Translations under genes and position numbers: made by a program
Assembly (NCBI GenBank): GCA_964512485.1
Contig: CAZEHJ010000004.1
Span: 3,400-67,399 of the forward strand
Origin: an uncultured Rhodothermales bacterium
GTDB taxonomy: Bacteria > Bacteroidota > Rhodothermia > Rhodothermales > UBA10348
DNA: 64,000 nt
Direction of reading: 5' to 3'
Shown: positions 47,902-57,489 of the stretch, in pieces
Layout of the letters: every line of letters starts with the position of its first letter
How positions within the stretch are numbered: position 1 is the first letter of the stretch
Notes under the pieces: model-generated
What the model was told of the DNA's origin: nothing
Databases searched by the model: none
What the model saw: only the letters and a program-made list of their open reading frames with translations

Positions 47902-50551
47902 CGGATCACACCGACGTCCTTCAAGGGCATTCTCAGGTACGAGTGCTTTTCGCTATGCGCCAGTTGTTCTACTGGTGTTGTGGGCTACCCTCCCCTCTAC
48001 TCTTCTCGCACGACAGGACACGGGCCAGATCACGGAACCCGTCGAATTCGTAGCCGGCGATTCCCTCATCTTCTCTTTAGGATCGGATAATCGATTCGGT
48101 ACTCTCCACGGCAATGCGTCTGTCAAATACAGTGACTCGTTCCTCAGCGCTCATGAAATCGACCTCTTGCTTGCCAGAGAAGAACTGAAAGCCCGTGGAC
48201 TGGAGTCCGATTCTGGGTGGGTGGGAAAACCTGAGATCACGCAGGGTGAGGACGTTTTCACCGGTACCGAACTGGCGTTTAACCTGCAGACCCAACGTGG
48301 ACGCATCGTCGGTGCCCAGACCCAGTATGAAGAGGGATTTATTCGGGCGGATGTGGTAAAATCTCTTGAGGACAGTACGCTGTTCATCAGAAACGGTATT
48401 TATACGACATGCTCCTGTGTTGAGGACCCTTCCTACTCGCTCCGGTCCAACAAAATGAAAATGGTCGGCCGAAAGTGGATATATACCGGGCCGATACAAC
48501 TCTACCTGTTCAGTATCCCGACACCTCTCTGGCTTCCATTCGGGTTTCTTCCGGCCCAGGATGATCGTCGAAGCGGCCCTCTTCCTCCTACGTACGGCGA
48601 AGATGAGTTCGGATTTTACCTGCGAGATTGGGGGTGGTATTTCGCACTCAACGACTATATGGACCTGCAACTGCAGGGTGGCTTCTGGACCAGAGGTAGC
48701 TGGGAGACCAGAACACTCTACCGCTACCGCAAAATGTATGCGTTTGATGGTCAGCTCCGCCTTGATTACGCACGATTCAGAAATGGTGAGCCAGGCGACC
48801 CCGGATTTTCCGTTCGAAAGACAAGTGCGTTCAGGTGGACTCATAATCAGACCCTGGGTCAGACATCCTCCTTCAATGCCAATGTCAACCTGTCGTCCTC
48901 ATCGTATTTGAAGGCTGTATCCCAGAATTACGATGATCGGGTGCGCCAGGATATTCAATCCAGCCTCAAATTCACGAAGCGATGGACCGGCAAAAACCTC
49001 TCGGTCCAGGTCAATCAGCGACAGCTGTTGTCGACCAACCAGGTTAATCTCACCCTGCCCAGTCTCTCGTTCTCTCAGAGCAGCTTCAAGCCGCTCCAAC
49101 GCTCAAACCGACCTCCGGGAAGTGGAGAGTCCATTCTGGATAAGCTGACCGTCAGTTACAACATGAACGTCAACAATCGCTTCAGCTTTGATCCACTGAC
49201 AGAGGACGAACTACTGGCCCGCGGCGACACACTGGCAGCCGAGATAAACTGGCTCGACGCGCTCTTTTCGAAAGACGACTATGAGCGTGCTACTGGCGAC
49301 GATACTCACTACGATTTCAAAGCAACCCACCGTATTCCGGTGTCTGCGCCATTTTCAGTGAATCGATTACCTCTTCTCGGTGATCTGGCATTGAACTTAT
49401 CACCCAGTTTCAATTACACGGAAGATTGGTTTCTGCAGTCGGAACGACGCTCTCTCAACTCCGACAGTTCCGGGATTGATGTGTTGAATGATCCCGGCTT
49501 CTTCGCGTTGCGCCAGTTCAGCACCTCGGTCTCTGCCAGCACGATTTTTTACGGCCTCTTCCCCTTCAAAGGATTCGGTTACAATGGAATCCGGCACACC
49601 GTACGTCCGAACGTGGGCATGTCCTACCGGCCAGACTTTTTTTCTGATCGCTGGGGATACCGCAGGACTTACACCGATGAAGATGGAGAAGAAGTCGAAT
49701 ATTCCGCCGTCTCAGGAGTCAGCAGGGGAAGGCAGCAGGCACTCACCTTTTCGTTGAACAATACTTTCGAAACGAAGAAGGCTGAAACCGACTCGACACA
49801 AACCAGCCGTTCAGCAAGCGCACTGAAATTGTTTGACTTCAATCTGTCGTCGTCTTACAACTTTGCGGCAGATTCGTTAAAAATGGCGAACGTGAGTATG
49901 ACTGCGCGTACCAGGATACTTGGCAAGGTAGACCTCGACCTCCGAAGCGCTTTTTCACCTTACGAGTTGTCCGAAGAAGGTCGATTGACGCGAACCAGCT
50001 CCTTTTCTTTGACCTCGCCCTTCGGCCGCATGACATCCACGAACGTGACGATGCGCACTTCGCTCAAATCCAAGCGAGGCGATGGTGACCGACCCATTAC
50101 TACTCCACGGGGAGCAATGGTAGCGCCGGGGAACGGTTTCGGGGGATTCAATCAGAGCACGTCGATTATACAGAACAACTACGCAAATGCAGGAGCGGAT
50201 TTCTCTATTCCGTGGTCTCTGAGCATGGACTTCTCGTACGGTGTCACAAAAAGCGGTCTGAACACCATCAAGAGAGCGATTCTGAACGCCTCATTTGATT
50301 TCAGCCTGACACCCAACTGGAAAGTGGCCAGTAGGACGGGGTACGACTTCGAGCGAAAAGAAATGGCAACCACCAATATTGCTCTGGCGAGGGATTTCGA
50401 CTGTTGGCAGATGTCGTTCAACTGGATTCCGTTCGGACTATATCAGTCCTGGGGCTTCGACCTGCACGTAAAGAGTGGGCATCTTCGGGATCTGCTGCGT
50501 GTCCGCCAACCAAAATCTGATGTTCAAGATCGGTTCGGATCTCTTCGATAA
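47828..50551 (+). CDS. lptD: Putative LPS-assembly protein LptD (FCB type)
   Basis: OstA-like N-domain, YTTCSC...P, GFYLRDWGWY, barrel strands, NFDFSLTPNWK, TGYDF, RDFDCW.MSF.W.P; start position uncertain. Confidence 0.85.
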   Translation: MKSVCWVQVAWSFSILTNTVLKLINGSHRRPSRAFSGTSAFRYAPVVLLVLWATLPSTLLARQDTGQITEPVEFVAGDSLIFSLGSDNRFGTLHGNASVKYSDSFLSAHEIDLLLAREELKARGLESDSGWVGKPEITQGEDVFTGTELAFNLQTQRGRIVGAQTQYEEGFIRADVVKSLEDSTLFIRNGIYTTCSCVEDPSYSLRSNKMKMVGRKWIYTGPIQLYLFSIPTPLWLPFGFLPAQDDRRSGPLPPTYGEDEFGFYLRDWGWYFALNDYMDLQLQGGFWTRGSWETRTLYRYRKMYAFDGQLRLDYARFRNGEPGDPGFSVRKTSAFRWTHNQTLGQTSSFNANVNLSSSSYLKAVSQNYDDRVRQDIQSSLKFTKRWTGKNLSVQVNQRQLLSTNQVNLTLPSLSFSQSSFKPLQRSNRPPGSGESILDKLTVSYNMNVNNRFSFDPLTEDELLARGDTLAAEINWLDALFSKDDYERATGDDTHYDFKATHRIPVSAPFSVNRLPLLGDLALNLSPSFNYTEDWFLQSERRSLNSDSSGIDVLNDPGFFALRQFSTSVSASTIFYGLFPFKGFGYNGIRHTVRPNVGMSYRPDFFSDRWGYRRTYTDEDGEEVEYSAVSGVSRGRQQALTFSLNNTFETKKAETDSTQTSRSASALKLFDFNLSSSYNFAADSLKMANVSMTARTRILGKVDLDLRSAFSPYELSEEGRLTRTSSFSLTSPFGRMTSTNVTMRTSLKSKRGDGDRPITTPRGAMVAPGNGFGGFNQSTSIIQNNYANAGADFSIPWSLSMDFSYGVTKSGLNTIKRAILNASFDFSLTPNWKVASRTGYDFERKEMATTNIALARDFDCWQMSFNWIPFGLYQSWGFDLHVKSGHLRDLLRVRQPKSDVQDRFGSLR

Positions 50552-50582
50552 GCGCCCGACCAGACTTTACTCGAGAGCCGGT

Positions 50583-51602
50583 TCAACTCAGGTCATTCTG
50601 GACAATCAGAGAATCCGAAATGTCGAAGCGTATTTCTGTTTGATCACTGACGAATCCCTGAACCCTGGCAGTAAGCTCAACATCTTCGCTTTTAATGGTC
50701 AACTCGGTAGACATTCCCAGGAACAGCTTGCCAGATATTTCACCGCTGAACTGACCCGAATCGGAAATCCTGATGTGCTCGGGTCGAATGGCCAGTGCAA
50801 ACCCCTCCTCGACCGGCTGCCCCGCAAACCGCTGAATGTTGGCATTTGAGGTTATGATGTTGCTCGAGCCCAGAAACGATGCAACGAATGCTGATTTCGG
50901 CCGATAATAGAGCTCTTCAGGCGCACCTGCCTGTACTATTCGTCCGCTTCGCATGACCGCAATATTGTCGGACAAAGCCAGGGCTTCCTCCTGGTCGTGT
51001 GTGACATAAATGCTGGTCAGGCCGAGCCGATGCTGCAGTTCTTTGAGTTCTCTTCGAGTCTGTTCTCTGAGCGCTACATCCAGATTTGACAGAGGTTCAT
51101 CGAAGAGTATGACCTTGGGCTCGATCGCGATGGCTCGCGCCAGAGCAGTCCGTTGCTGTTGCCCACCCGATAGTGAAGTTACCTGAGTGTCCCTGAAGCC
51201 AGATAAATCCACGCGACGAAGCGAATCTGATACAACCCGATCGATTTCTTGCTTTGATTTCCTACGAACCTTCAATCCATACGCGACATTCTCTCCCACA
51301 GTCATGTGAGGGAAAAGAGCGTAATTCTGAAAAACCATGGCTGTGGGTCTGCGGCGAGCCTCAACGCCAGTCACGTCCTGTTCACCGATTATCACTCTTC
51401 CCGTTTCAGGCTGTTCGAATCCTGAAATGATTCTAAGAGTGGTCGATTTGCCGCACCCACTCGGTCCGAGGAGCGAGCAAAATGACCCCGGCTTCACAAC
51501 CAACGACACATCGTCGACGGCAACAAGATCCCCAAAGCGCTTGGAAACGCCTTCGAGACGGATTTCAACGGCCTGGTCCACGGTATCTTGATTGTGAGTC
51601 AC
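50583..51602 (-). CDS. ABC transporter ATP-binding protein (PotA/FbpC-like, with TOBE domain)
   Basis: GPSGCGKST, VFQNYALFPHM, LSGGQQQR, LFDEPLSNLD, YVTHDQEEA. Confidence 0.95.
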   Translation of the reverse strand: MTHNQDTVDQAVEIRLEGVSKRFGDLVAVDDVSLVVKPGSFCSLLGPSGCGKSTTLRIISGFEQPETGRVIIGEQDVTGVEARRRPTAMVFQNYALFPHMTVGENVAYGLKVRRKSKQEIDRVVSDSLRRVDLSGFRDTQVTSLSGGQQQRTALARAIAIEPKVILFDEPLSNLDVALREQTRRELKELQHRLGLTSIYVTHDQEEALALSDNIAVMRSGRIVQAGAPEELYYRPKSAFVASFLGSSNIITSNANIQRFAGQPVEEGFALAIRPEHIRISDSGQFSGEISGKLFLGMSTELTIKSEDVELTARVQGFVSDQTEIRFDISDSLIVQNDLS

Positions 51603-51615
51603 GGAGTGCCCGGTG

Positions 51616-52791
51616 TCAGGCAGACAGCGCTACGTTGATTTTATCCGCAGCCTCCTGGAAAATGATCGCGGTTTCAACCTCGAGACCGCTTTCATCCAGA
51701 ATGGCCTTCCCTTCCTCGGCGTTGGTGCCCTGAAGGCGAACGATAAGAGGCAGAGCCATGTCAACCTTGCGGGCAGCTTCGACGACTCCTTTGGCGACCC
51801 GATCACAGCGGACAATTCCGCCGAAGATGTTCACCAGGATTGCTTTAACTCCTGGGTCCTTCAAAATAATTCGGAATCCCGCTTCAACTGTTTCCGGATT
51901 TGCTCCACCACCGACGTCCAGGAAGTTTGCCGGTTCTCCGCCCGCCAGTTTGATGATATCCATCGTGGCCATTGCGAGTCCGGCTCCATTGACCATGCAG
52001 CCCACGTTACCGTCGAGTTTTACATAATTGAGATGGTGCTCTCCAGCTTCGACTTCGAGAGGATCTTCTTCATGGACATCTCGCAGATCCGCCAGATCTT
52101 TATGTCTGTACAACGCATTGTCATCAATGTTGATTTTGGCGTCAATGGCCAAAACATCGCCGTCTTCGGTAAGCGTGAGAGGATTGATCTCAGCAATCGA
52201 GCAGTCACTGTCCTCATACGCCCTGTGCAGCGCGATAATGAATCGAACTGCCTTCTTGAAGGCATCACCCTCAAATCCCAGCCCGAAAGCCAGACGGCGT
52301 GCCTGAAAGCCCTGCAGGCCGATAACAGGATCAACCCACTCTTTCAGAATCAATTCTGGTGTTTCTTCGGCAACCGTTTCTATTTCGACGCCACCTTCTG
52401 TCGACGCCATGATGACAGTCTGGTTCTTTCCACGATCCAGCGTAATTCCGAGGTAAAACTCCTTCGCAATATCAACCGCGTCTGCGATCAACACGGAACG
52501 GACCTTCTGACCTTCAGCACCCGTCTGCGGAGTCTTGAGCATCATGCCCAGAATGGCATCGGCTTTCTCCCGGACTTCATCGGTACTTTTGGCCAGCTTC
52601 ACACCACCGCCTTTGCCGCGGCCTCCGGCGTGAATCTGAGCTTTGACTACAAACAGGTCGTTGCCCGTTTCTGCCTGAAGCTTTTCGGCCGCATCTACGG
52701 CTTCATCAGAAGAGGTGGCAAGAATTCCTTTTTGCACGGCGACGCCGTATTTGGCAAGGATTTCCTTGGCCTGATATTCGTGGACTTTCAT
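51616..52791 (-). CDS. sucC: Succinate--CoA ligase (ADP-forming) beta subunit
   Basis: HEYQAK, VKAQIHAGGRGKGGGV, EINPL, NGAGLAMAT, NFLDVGGG, NIFGGIVRCD. Confidence 0.99.
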   Translation of the reverse strand: MKVHEYQAKEILAKYGVAVQKGILATSSDEAVDAAEKLQAETGNDLFVVKAQIHAGGRGKGGGVKLAKSTDEVREKADAILGMMLKTPQTGAEGQKVRSVLIADAVDIAKEFYLGITLDRGKNQTVIMASTEGGVEIETVAEETPELILKEWVDPVIGLQGFQARRLAFGLGFEGDAFKKAVRFIIALHRAYEDSDCSIAEINPLTLTEDGDVLAIDAKINIDDNALYRHKDLADLRDVHEEDPLEVEAGEHHLNYVKLDGNVGCMVNGAGLAMATMDIIKLAGGEPANFLDVGGGANPETVEAGFRIILKDPGVKAILVNIFGGIVRCDRVAKGVVEAARKVDMALPLIVRLQGTNAEEGKAILDESGLEVETAIIFQEAADKINVALSA

Positions 52792-52921
52792 GGATCTCGA
52801 ATTGCGTAACTTGAATCCTGAAAATTACTGAGACCTGTGTCATTATGCCGGATCTCAAGGACCAAGATGACGATATTCTCCGTTTCTTATAGCGCGCGCT
52901 CCTTGCTCAACTGAAAATGCC

Positions 52922-54007
52922 TTGATGACCTACGATCTGCACATCTTCAAACGGTTTCTCACCGGATATGCTCTGCTCATTCTGGGGCTGATCGTTTTTT
53001 TCGTTGTACTGCACTACGTGGAGTATATCGATGACTTCATGGATCGGGGGGCAACGATGAACGACGTTTTTCTGGTTTATTATCCCAACTACATTCCGGA
53101 AATCATACGTCTTACCTCGCCACTGGCTGTATTCATATCAGCAATTTTCCTCACCTCGCGACTCACCCAGAAACTTGAGTTTTCTTCTCTTCAGACGGCC
53201 GGGGTTTCGCTGTACCGACTGATGGCTCCGTTCGTGATCGCAGGAATCCTGATCACAGGATTCATTTTCTGGTTCAACGGATGGATTGTGCCTCAAACGA
53301 ATCAGATTCGATTGGCTTTTGAACAGGACTACACAAAGGATGGGCCTTCGCGTGCCGAATATGTCAATATCCACAGACAGAACGCCCCAAACAGTATTCT
53401 TTCGGTCAACTTTTATGAGCGAAAGTCGAAAACGGCGACGTCGATTACTCTTCAGACATTCAGTGATGCCGGTAGTCTCGTCGAAAGAATCGATGCCGAC
53501 CGCATGACGTGGGACGATTCTCTTCGAGTCTGGCGCATCATATCCCCGGTCGTGCGGCGATTTGATAACGATGGTGAGCGGGGAAGGCGTCGAATGGAGG
53601 TGTTGGACACAACTCTCAGCCTGCTCCCCCGGGATCTAGCCCGCATTCAGGGAGACGTCGAAGCCATGACGATTTCTGAGGCCAGGAATTATCTGGACAC
53701 GTTGGAAAGAACGGCGGCCAATCGAACGGGACCCTCTCTGGTAGCCTATCACAGCAAGTACTCGTATCCGTTCGCGAATCTGATACTGATCCTGCTGGCA
53801 GTTCCGTTGGCATCAGTACGACGGCGAGGAGGGCAGGCTGTCCAGATGGGACTTGGCCTTTTTATTGCGTTCGTTTATCTCGCCCTGATGAAGCTCGTTG
53901 AGCCATTCGGCTATGCTGGCAGCCTATCGCCCATTCTTGCATCCTGGCTCCCCCACCTGGCATTTCTACTGTTCGCTCTCGTGGTGGTTTTTCGGGCTCG
54001 CAAATAA
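52922..54007 (+). CDS. LPS export permease LptF/LptG family protein
   Basis: N-terminal TMs, P.AVFIS.IF..S.L....E...QTAGVSL.RL..P, jellyroll periplasmic domain, K.SYPF...L.LAVPL, SWLPH. Confidence 0.93.
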   Translation: MMTYDLHIFKRFLTGYALLILGLIVFFVVLHYVEYIDDFMDRGATMNDVFLVYYPNYIPEIIRLTSPLAVFISAIFLTSRLTQKLEFSSLQTAGVSLYRLMAPFVIAGILITGFIFWFNGWIVPQTNQIRLAFEQDYTKDGPSRAEYVNIHRQNAPNSILSVNFYERKSKTATSITLQTFSDAGSLVERIDADRMTWDDSLRVWRIISPVVRRFDNDGERGRRRMEVLDTTLSLLPRDLARIQGDVEAMTISEARNYLDTLERTAANRTGPSLVAYHSKYSYPFANLILILLAVPLASVRRRGGQAVQMGLGLFIAFVYLALMKLVEPFGYAGSLSPILASWLPHLAFLLFALVVVFRARK

Positions 54008-54010
54008 GAC

Positions 54011-54337
54011 TTAGGCTTCTCCTCCGGGTATTCCGAAGTGAATTTCCGGTCCCTGCGGGCCGGAATCTTCAATTTCACCATGAGAGCGCTCAAATCGCTC
54101 AATATTGTCCGCCAGCGCTTTCAACAAGCGTTTTGCGTGCGGTGGAGAAACGATCACCCTGCTTTTCACCTTTGCTTTGGGGACTCCGGGCATTACACGA
54201 ATGAAGTCCAGAATGAACTCTTCGGAGGAGTGTGCCAACATCACCAGATTGGAATACGTACCCTCGGCTATTTCTTCTGAGAGTTCAATATTCAATTGGG
54301 GACCTTTGCCTTTTGGTCCTTCCTGATTCTCCTTCAT
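54011..54337 (-). CDS. DUF3467 family protein
   Basis: LNIELSEEIAEG.YSNL...HS.EEF.LDFI..MPG.PKA.V.SRV...P.HAKRLL.AL.DNI..FE...G.I. Confidence 0.9.
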   Translation of the reverse strand: MKENQEGPKGKGPQLNIELSEEIAEGTYSNLVMLAHSSEEFILDFIRVMPGVPKAKVKSRVIVSPPHAKRLLKALADNIERFERSHGEIEDSGPQGPEIHFGIPGGEA

Positions 54338-54406
54338 TTACTTTCACTCGTGTTTTGATATTGCGGGTTTTTAAAAATTCGGTGGCCGACTCTCGTTCCT
54401 GATGGA

Positions 54407-55786
54407 TTACGAATTCGAGGCCAATGCTTCTATCAGGTCGCTTTTTGTGATAATGGTGAAACCACCCATGTCGTCTTTTACCAGCACGGCTCCAGGTGAT
54501 TCAGTCAGCATGGATGTGAGGCCCCCGATAGGTATTGTTGGGTCAACGACAGAAAGCGGCGCACCCATATTGTCCGAAACGGCATGCGAACGCGCCCCCG
54601 GCTCTTCAATCAGTCTATTAAGAACCACTGATTCGGTCAGACTGCCGACGACTGCTTCTCCCTCGATGACGGGAAGCTGTGAAACGGACGCATTTACCAT
54701 GCGGTCAATTGCCGTCTGAAGAGTATCCGCGGGCGAAACTGAAATAAGCCCTCCGTCTCGCTCGGGAGCGAGGTCTCCGGCCGTCAATTCTTTGTCGCTG
54801 TCCAGAAAGCCCAGGCTTCGCATCCAGGTATCGTTGTATGTCTTCGACAGATAGCGGAATCCCGTATCCGGCAACAGAATGACCACGACGTCGTCAGGAT
54901 TGAGCTCCCCTTTGTGTGCTTCCAGCCATTTGAGTGCTCCGGAAACCGCCAATCCACTGGATTGACCGACAAACAGGCCTTCTTCTCGGGCCAGACGCCG
55001 CGTCATTATCATGTTTTCGCGGTCCGTCGAGCGCACATAGTCGTCAACGATATTAAAGTCCATGTTTCCAGCCAGGATATCCTCGCCCGCCCCCTCTGTG
55101 AGGTATGGATAGATCTCTTTGTCGTCAAATTCGCCGGTAAAGAAATACTTGTGGTAAACGGACCCAAACGTATCCACACCTATGAGTTTTATGCTCTTGT
55201 TCTGCTCTTTCAGATAGCGTCCCGTGCCCGATATCGTTCCACCCGTTCCGGCGGAAGCCACATAATGGCTAACCTTTCCGTCGGTTTGTGACCAGATCTC
55301 CGGTCCTGAAGTCTGGTAGTGTGCCTCGGCATTTGCAGGATTGTCATACTGATTCAGGTACACGGCATTCGGAGTTTCTTCCGCCAGTCGCTTCGAGACC
55401 GAGTAGTACGATCTCGCATCCTCAGGAGCCACGTTGGTGGGGCAAACGAGAACTTCGGCACCCAACGCGCGGAGCATGTCTGCCTTCTCTGGACTCTGTT
55501 TGTCTGTGGTGACAAAAATGCACTCATAACCGCGATCAATAGCTGCCAGAGCGATACCAGCACCTGTGTTCCCGCTTGTGCCTTCCACAATGGTTCCGCC
55601 CGGTTTCAGATCGCCCGATGCTTCAGCTGCATCAATCATGGCAACTCCGATTCGATCCTTGACCGATCCACCCGGATTGAAGTACTCAACCTTGGCCAAT
55701 ACCGTGCAAGGAAGGTGTGAAGCGATTTTATTCAGCTTGACGAGAGGTGTGTTGCCGACCGTGTCGAGTATGGAGTCGTGCCACAT
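54407..55786 (-). CDS. cbs: Cystathionine beta-synthase with C-terminal CBS domain pair
   Basis: GNTPLVKL, NPGGSVKDRIG (PLP lysine), TSGNTG, NQYDNP, GTGGTISG, CBS domains. Confidence 0.9.
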   Translation of the reverse strand: MWHDSILDTVGNTPLVKLNKIASHLPCTVLAKVEYFNPGGSVKDRIGVAMIDAAEASGDLKPGGTIVEGTSGNTGAGIALAAIDRGYECIFVTTDKQSPEKADMLRALGAEVLVCPTNVAPEDARSYYSVSKRLAEETPNAVYLNQYDNPANAEAHYQTSGPEIWSQTDGKVSHYVASAGTGGTISGTGRYLKEQNKSIKLIGVDTFGSVYHKYFFTGEFDDKEIYPYLTEGAGEDILAGNMDFNIVDDYVRSTDRENMIMTRRLAREEGLFVGQSSGLAVSGALKWLEAHKGELNPDDVVVILLPDTGFRYLSKTYNDTWMRSLGFLDSDKELTAGDLAPERDGGLISVSPADTLQTAIDRMVNASVSQLPVIEGEAVVGSLTESVVLNRLIEEPGARSHAVSDNMGAPLSVVDPTIPIGGLTSMLTESPGAVLVKDDMGGFTIITKSDLIEALASNS

Positions 55787-55947
55787 AGTAAGATTATTTC
55801 CTGATACAGAGCCGGAATCGGCGCTATGGATGGATGAGCAAATGGTCTATATTCCGCGAACGAACCGCGCATGGAAAGGTACGGTTCCTGCTCGACACCG
55901 ATTGAGAAGCGGATGCGAATCAATCGTAAATCAATTACCAATCAGTT

Positions 55948-57390
55948 GTGGCGCCTTCTTCTGACCATATTTCGATGATCGAACCTGATCTGCTGGTTGC
56001 GACCTGCAGCTCAGACGGACATGTCCTGATGCGAAACTCGGCGTGGAAGGCGGTTTTTGGGGAGGATGAGGATCTCTGGGGTCTGCTCATGCCTAACGAT
56101 CGGGAAACCGCCGAACAGAACCTGAACGAGGCGGCTCGCGGATCACTCGTCACTCATGCGCTGTTTATGGTAGAGTCGCCTCATCGAGATATTCCTACGC
56201 CCGTTCTGCTTCATTTTGTCCCCGTCGCCTCGGACGGTGCTGCTGCATCCAACGCGGTTGCCATTTCCGGCGAGGTGTTGGCTGAACCATCGACTTGGAC
56301 CGAAAGCCAGACTCATCGCCACCGAATGGAAACTCTCGGAAGAATGACCATGGGGATGGCGCACGACTTCAACAACCTTCTCAGTGGAATATTGGGACAC
56401 ATTGAGCTCTGGCGTATCGAATCAACTCTGGACGATGCTGCGAAAAGCCATGTCGCCATGATTGAGAAAGCTGCCGAAAACGGAGCTGAGCTGATTTCCA
56501 AAATTCAGCGCTACATAAGACAGGAAGCCCAATCGCAGCATGAACCGCTTGATCTTGCTCCGCTCATCGCAGAGTGCGTCTCCTTTACCAGACCCTATTG
56601 GTACAATGAACCCCGAAGACAGGGGATCAATATCGAGGTTCACCAACACTTCGAGGACCTTCCGTCAGTAGAGGGCTCCAGATCGGAGCTTCGGGATGTA
56701 TTTGTCAACATGATTCTGAATGCTGTGCACGCGATGCCGGAAGGCGGCTCGATCACTCTCGAAGGCAAGGCATCCGATTCTGAAGTCATTATCAGGTTGT
56801 CTGATACTGGTACAGGAATGAGCGACGATGTGCAAAACAGGATCTTTGAACCTTTGTTTTCGACGAAAGCCGAGCGCGGTACGGGGATGGGACTCTCCGT
56901 CGTCGCAGGTACGATGCGCGAGCACCGCGGAAGTGTCTCTGTAGAATCTACTCTTGGTACAGGAACCACATTTACGCTTCGTTTTCCTCTTTCATCTTTA
57001 AAAGATGAGGCAGACGAGAGAGGGATTCCTTCGGGCTTGAAAATCGAATCCTGGAGGCTTCTTGTTGTCGACGACGAAGAAATGGTCCGAAACGTTGTTT
57101 CGCGCCTGCTGGCCGTCCGCGGTCACGATGTTGTCGCAGTCGAATCTGGAAGCGAAGCAGTCCGTGTATTCGAAAGCGGAGATTTCGATCTGATTGTTAC
57201 GGATCAAGGAATGCCCGAAATGACGGGTCGTGAATTGGCCCACAACATCAGAAAACTCGATCCTTCCATACCCATTTTGCTACTCACAGGCGACACGGAT
57301 ATTGTGGTCGACTCGAATGAAATTAATCATGTGCTGACAAAACCGTTCAAAATCGACGAGATCGAAAGCGTTATTGCTTCGTTGACCTGA
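55948..57390 (+). CDS. Cytoplasmic hybrid sensor histidine kinase/response regulator (PAS-like, HisKA, HATPase, REC)
   Basis: MAHDFNNLL H-box, N-box NMILNA, D.GTGM, FEPLFSTK..GTGMGL, REC LVVDDE..TDQGMP..KPF; no TM segment. Confidence 0.92.
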   Translation: MAPSSDHISMIEPDLLVATCSSDGHVLMRNSAWKAVFGEDEDLWGLLMPNDRETAEQNLNEAARGSLVTHALFMVESPHRDIPTPVLLHFVPVASDGAAASNAVAISGEVLAEPSTWTESQTHRHRMETLGRMTMGMAHDFNNLLSGILGHIELWRIESTLDDAAKSHVAMIEKAAENGAELISKIQRYIRQEAQSQHEPLDLAPLIAECVSFTRPYWYNEPRRQGINIEVHQHFEDLPSVEGSRSELRDVFVNMILNAVHAMPEGGSITLEGKASDSEVIIRLSDTGTGMSDDVQNRIFEPLFSTKAERGTGMGLSVVAGTMREHRGSVSVESTLGTGTTFTLRFPLSSLKDEADERGIPSGLKIESWRLLVVDDEEMVRNVVSRLLAVRGHDVVAVESGSEAVRVFESGDFDLIVTDQGMPEMTGRELAHNIRKLDPSIPILLLTGDTDIVVDSNEINHVLTKPFKIDEIESVIASLT

Positions 57391-57489
57391 CGAATCATAC
57401 ACTTTACCGACAAGATGTCAGAAACCTCCGTTTGGCCTGGTTTTTGGGCTCGGGAAGACGTCAATTACCGCCGACATTAAAACCGCAAT

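Noticed and set aside
51613-52809. 398-aa plus-strand ORF exactly antisense to sucC (similar shadows over lon, ppdK and bamA)
   Set aside because: Shadow ORFs produced by codon bias of highly conserved genes; the translations have no protein-like motifs.
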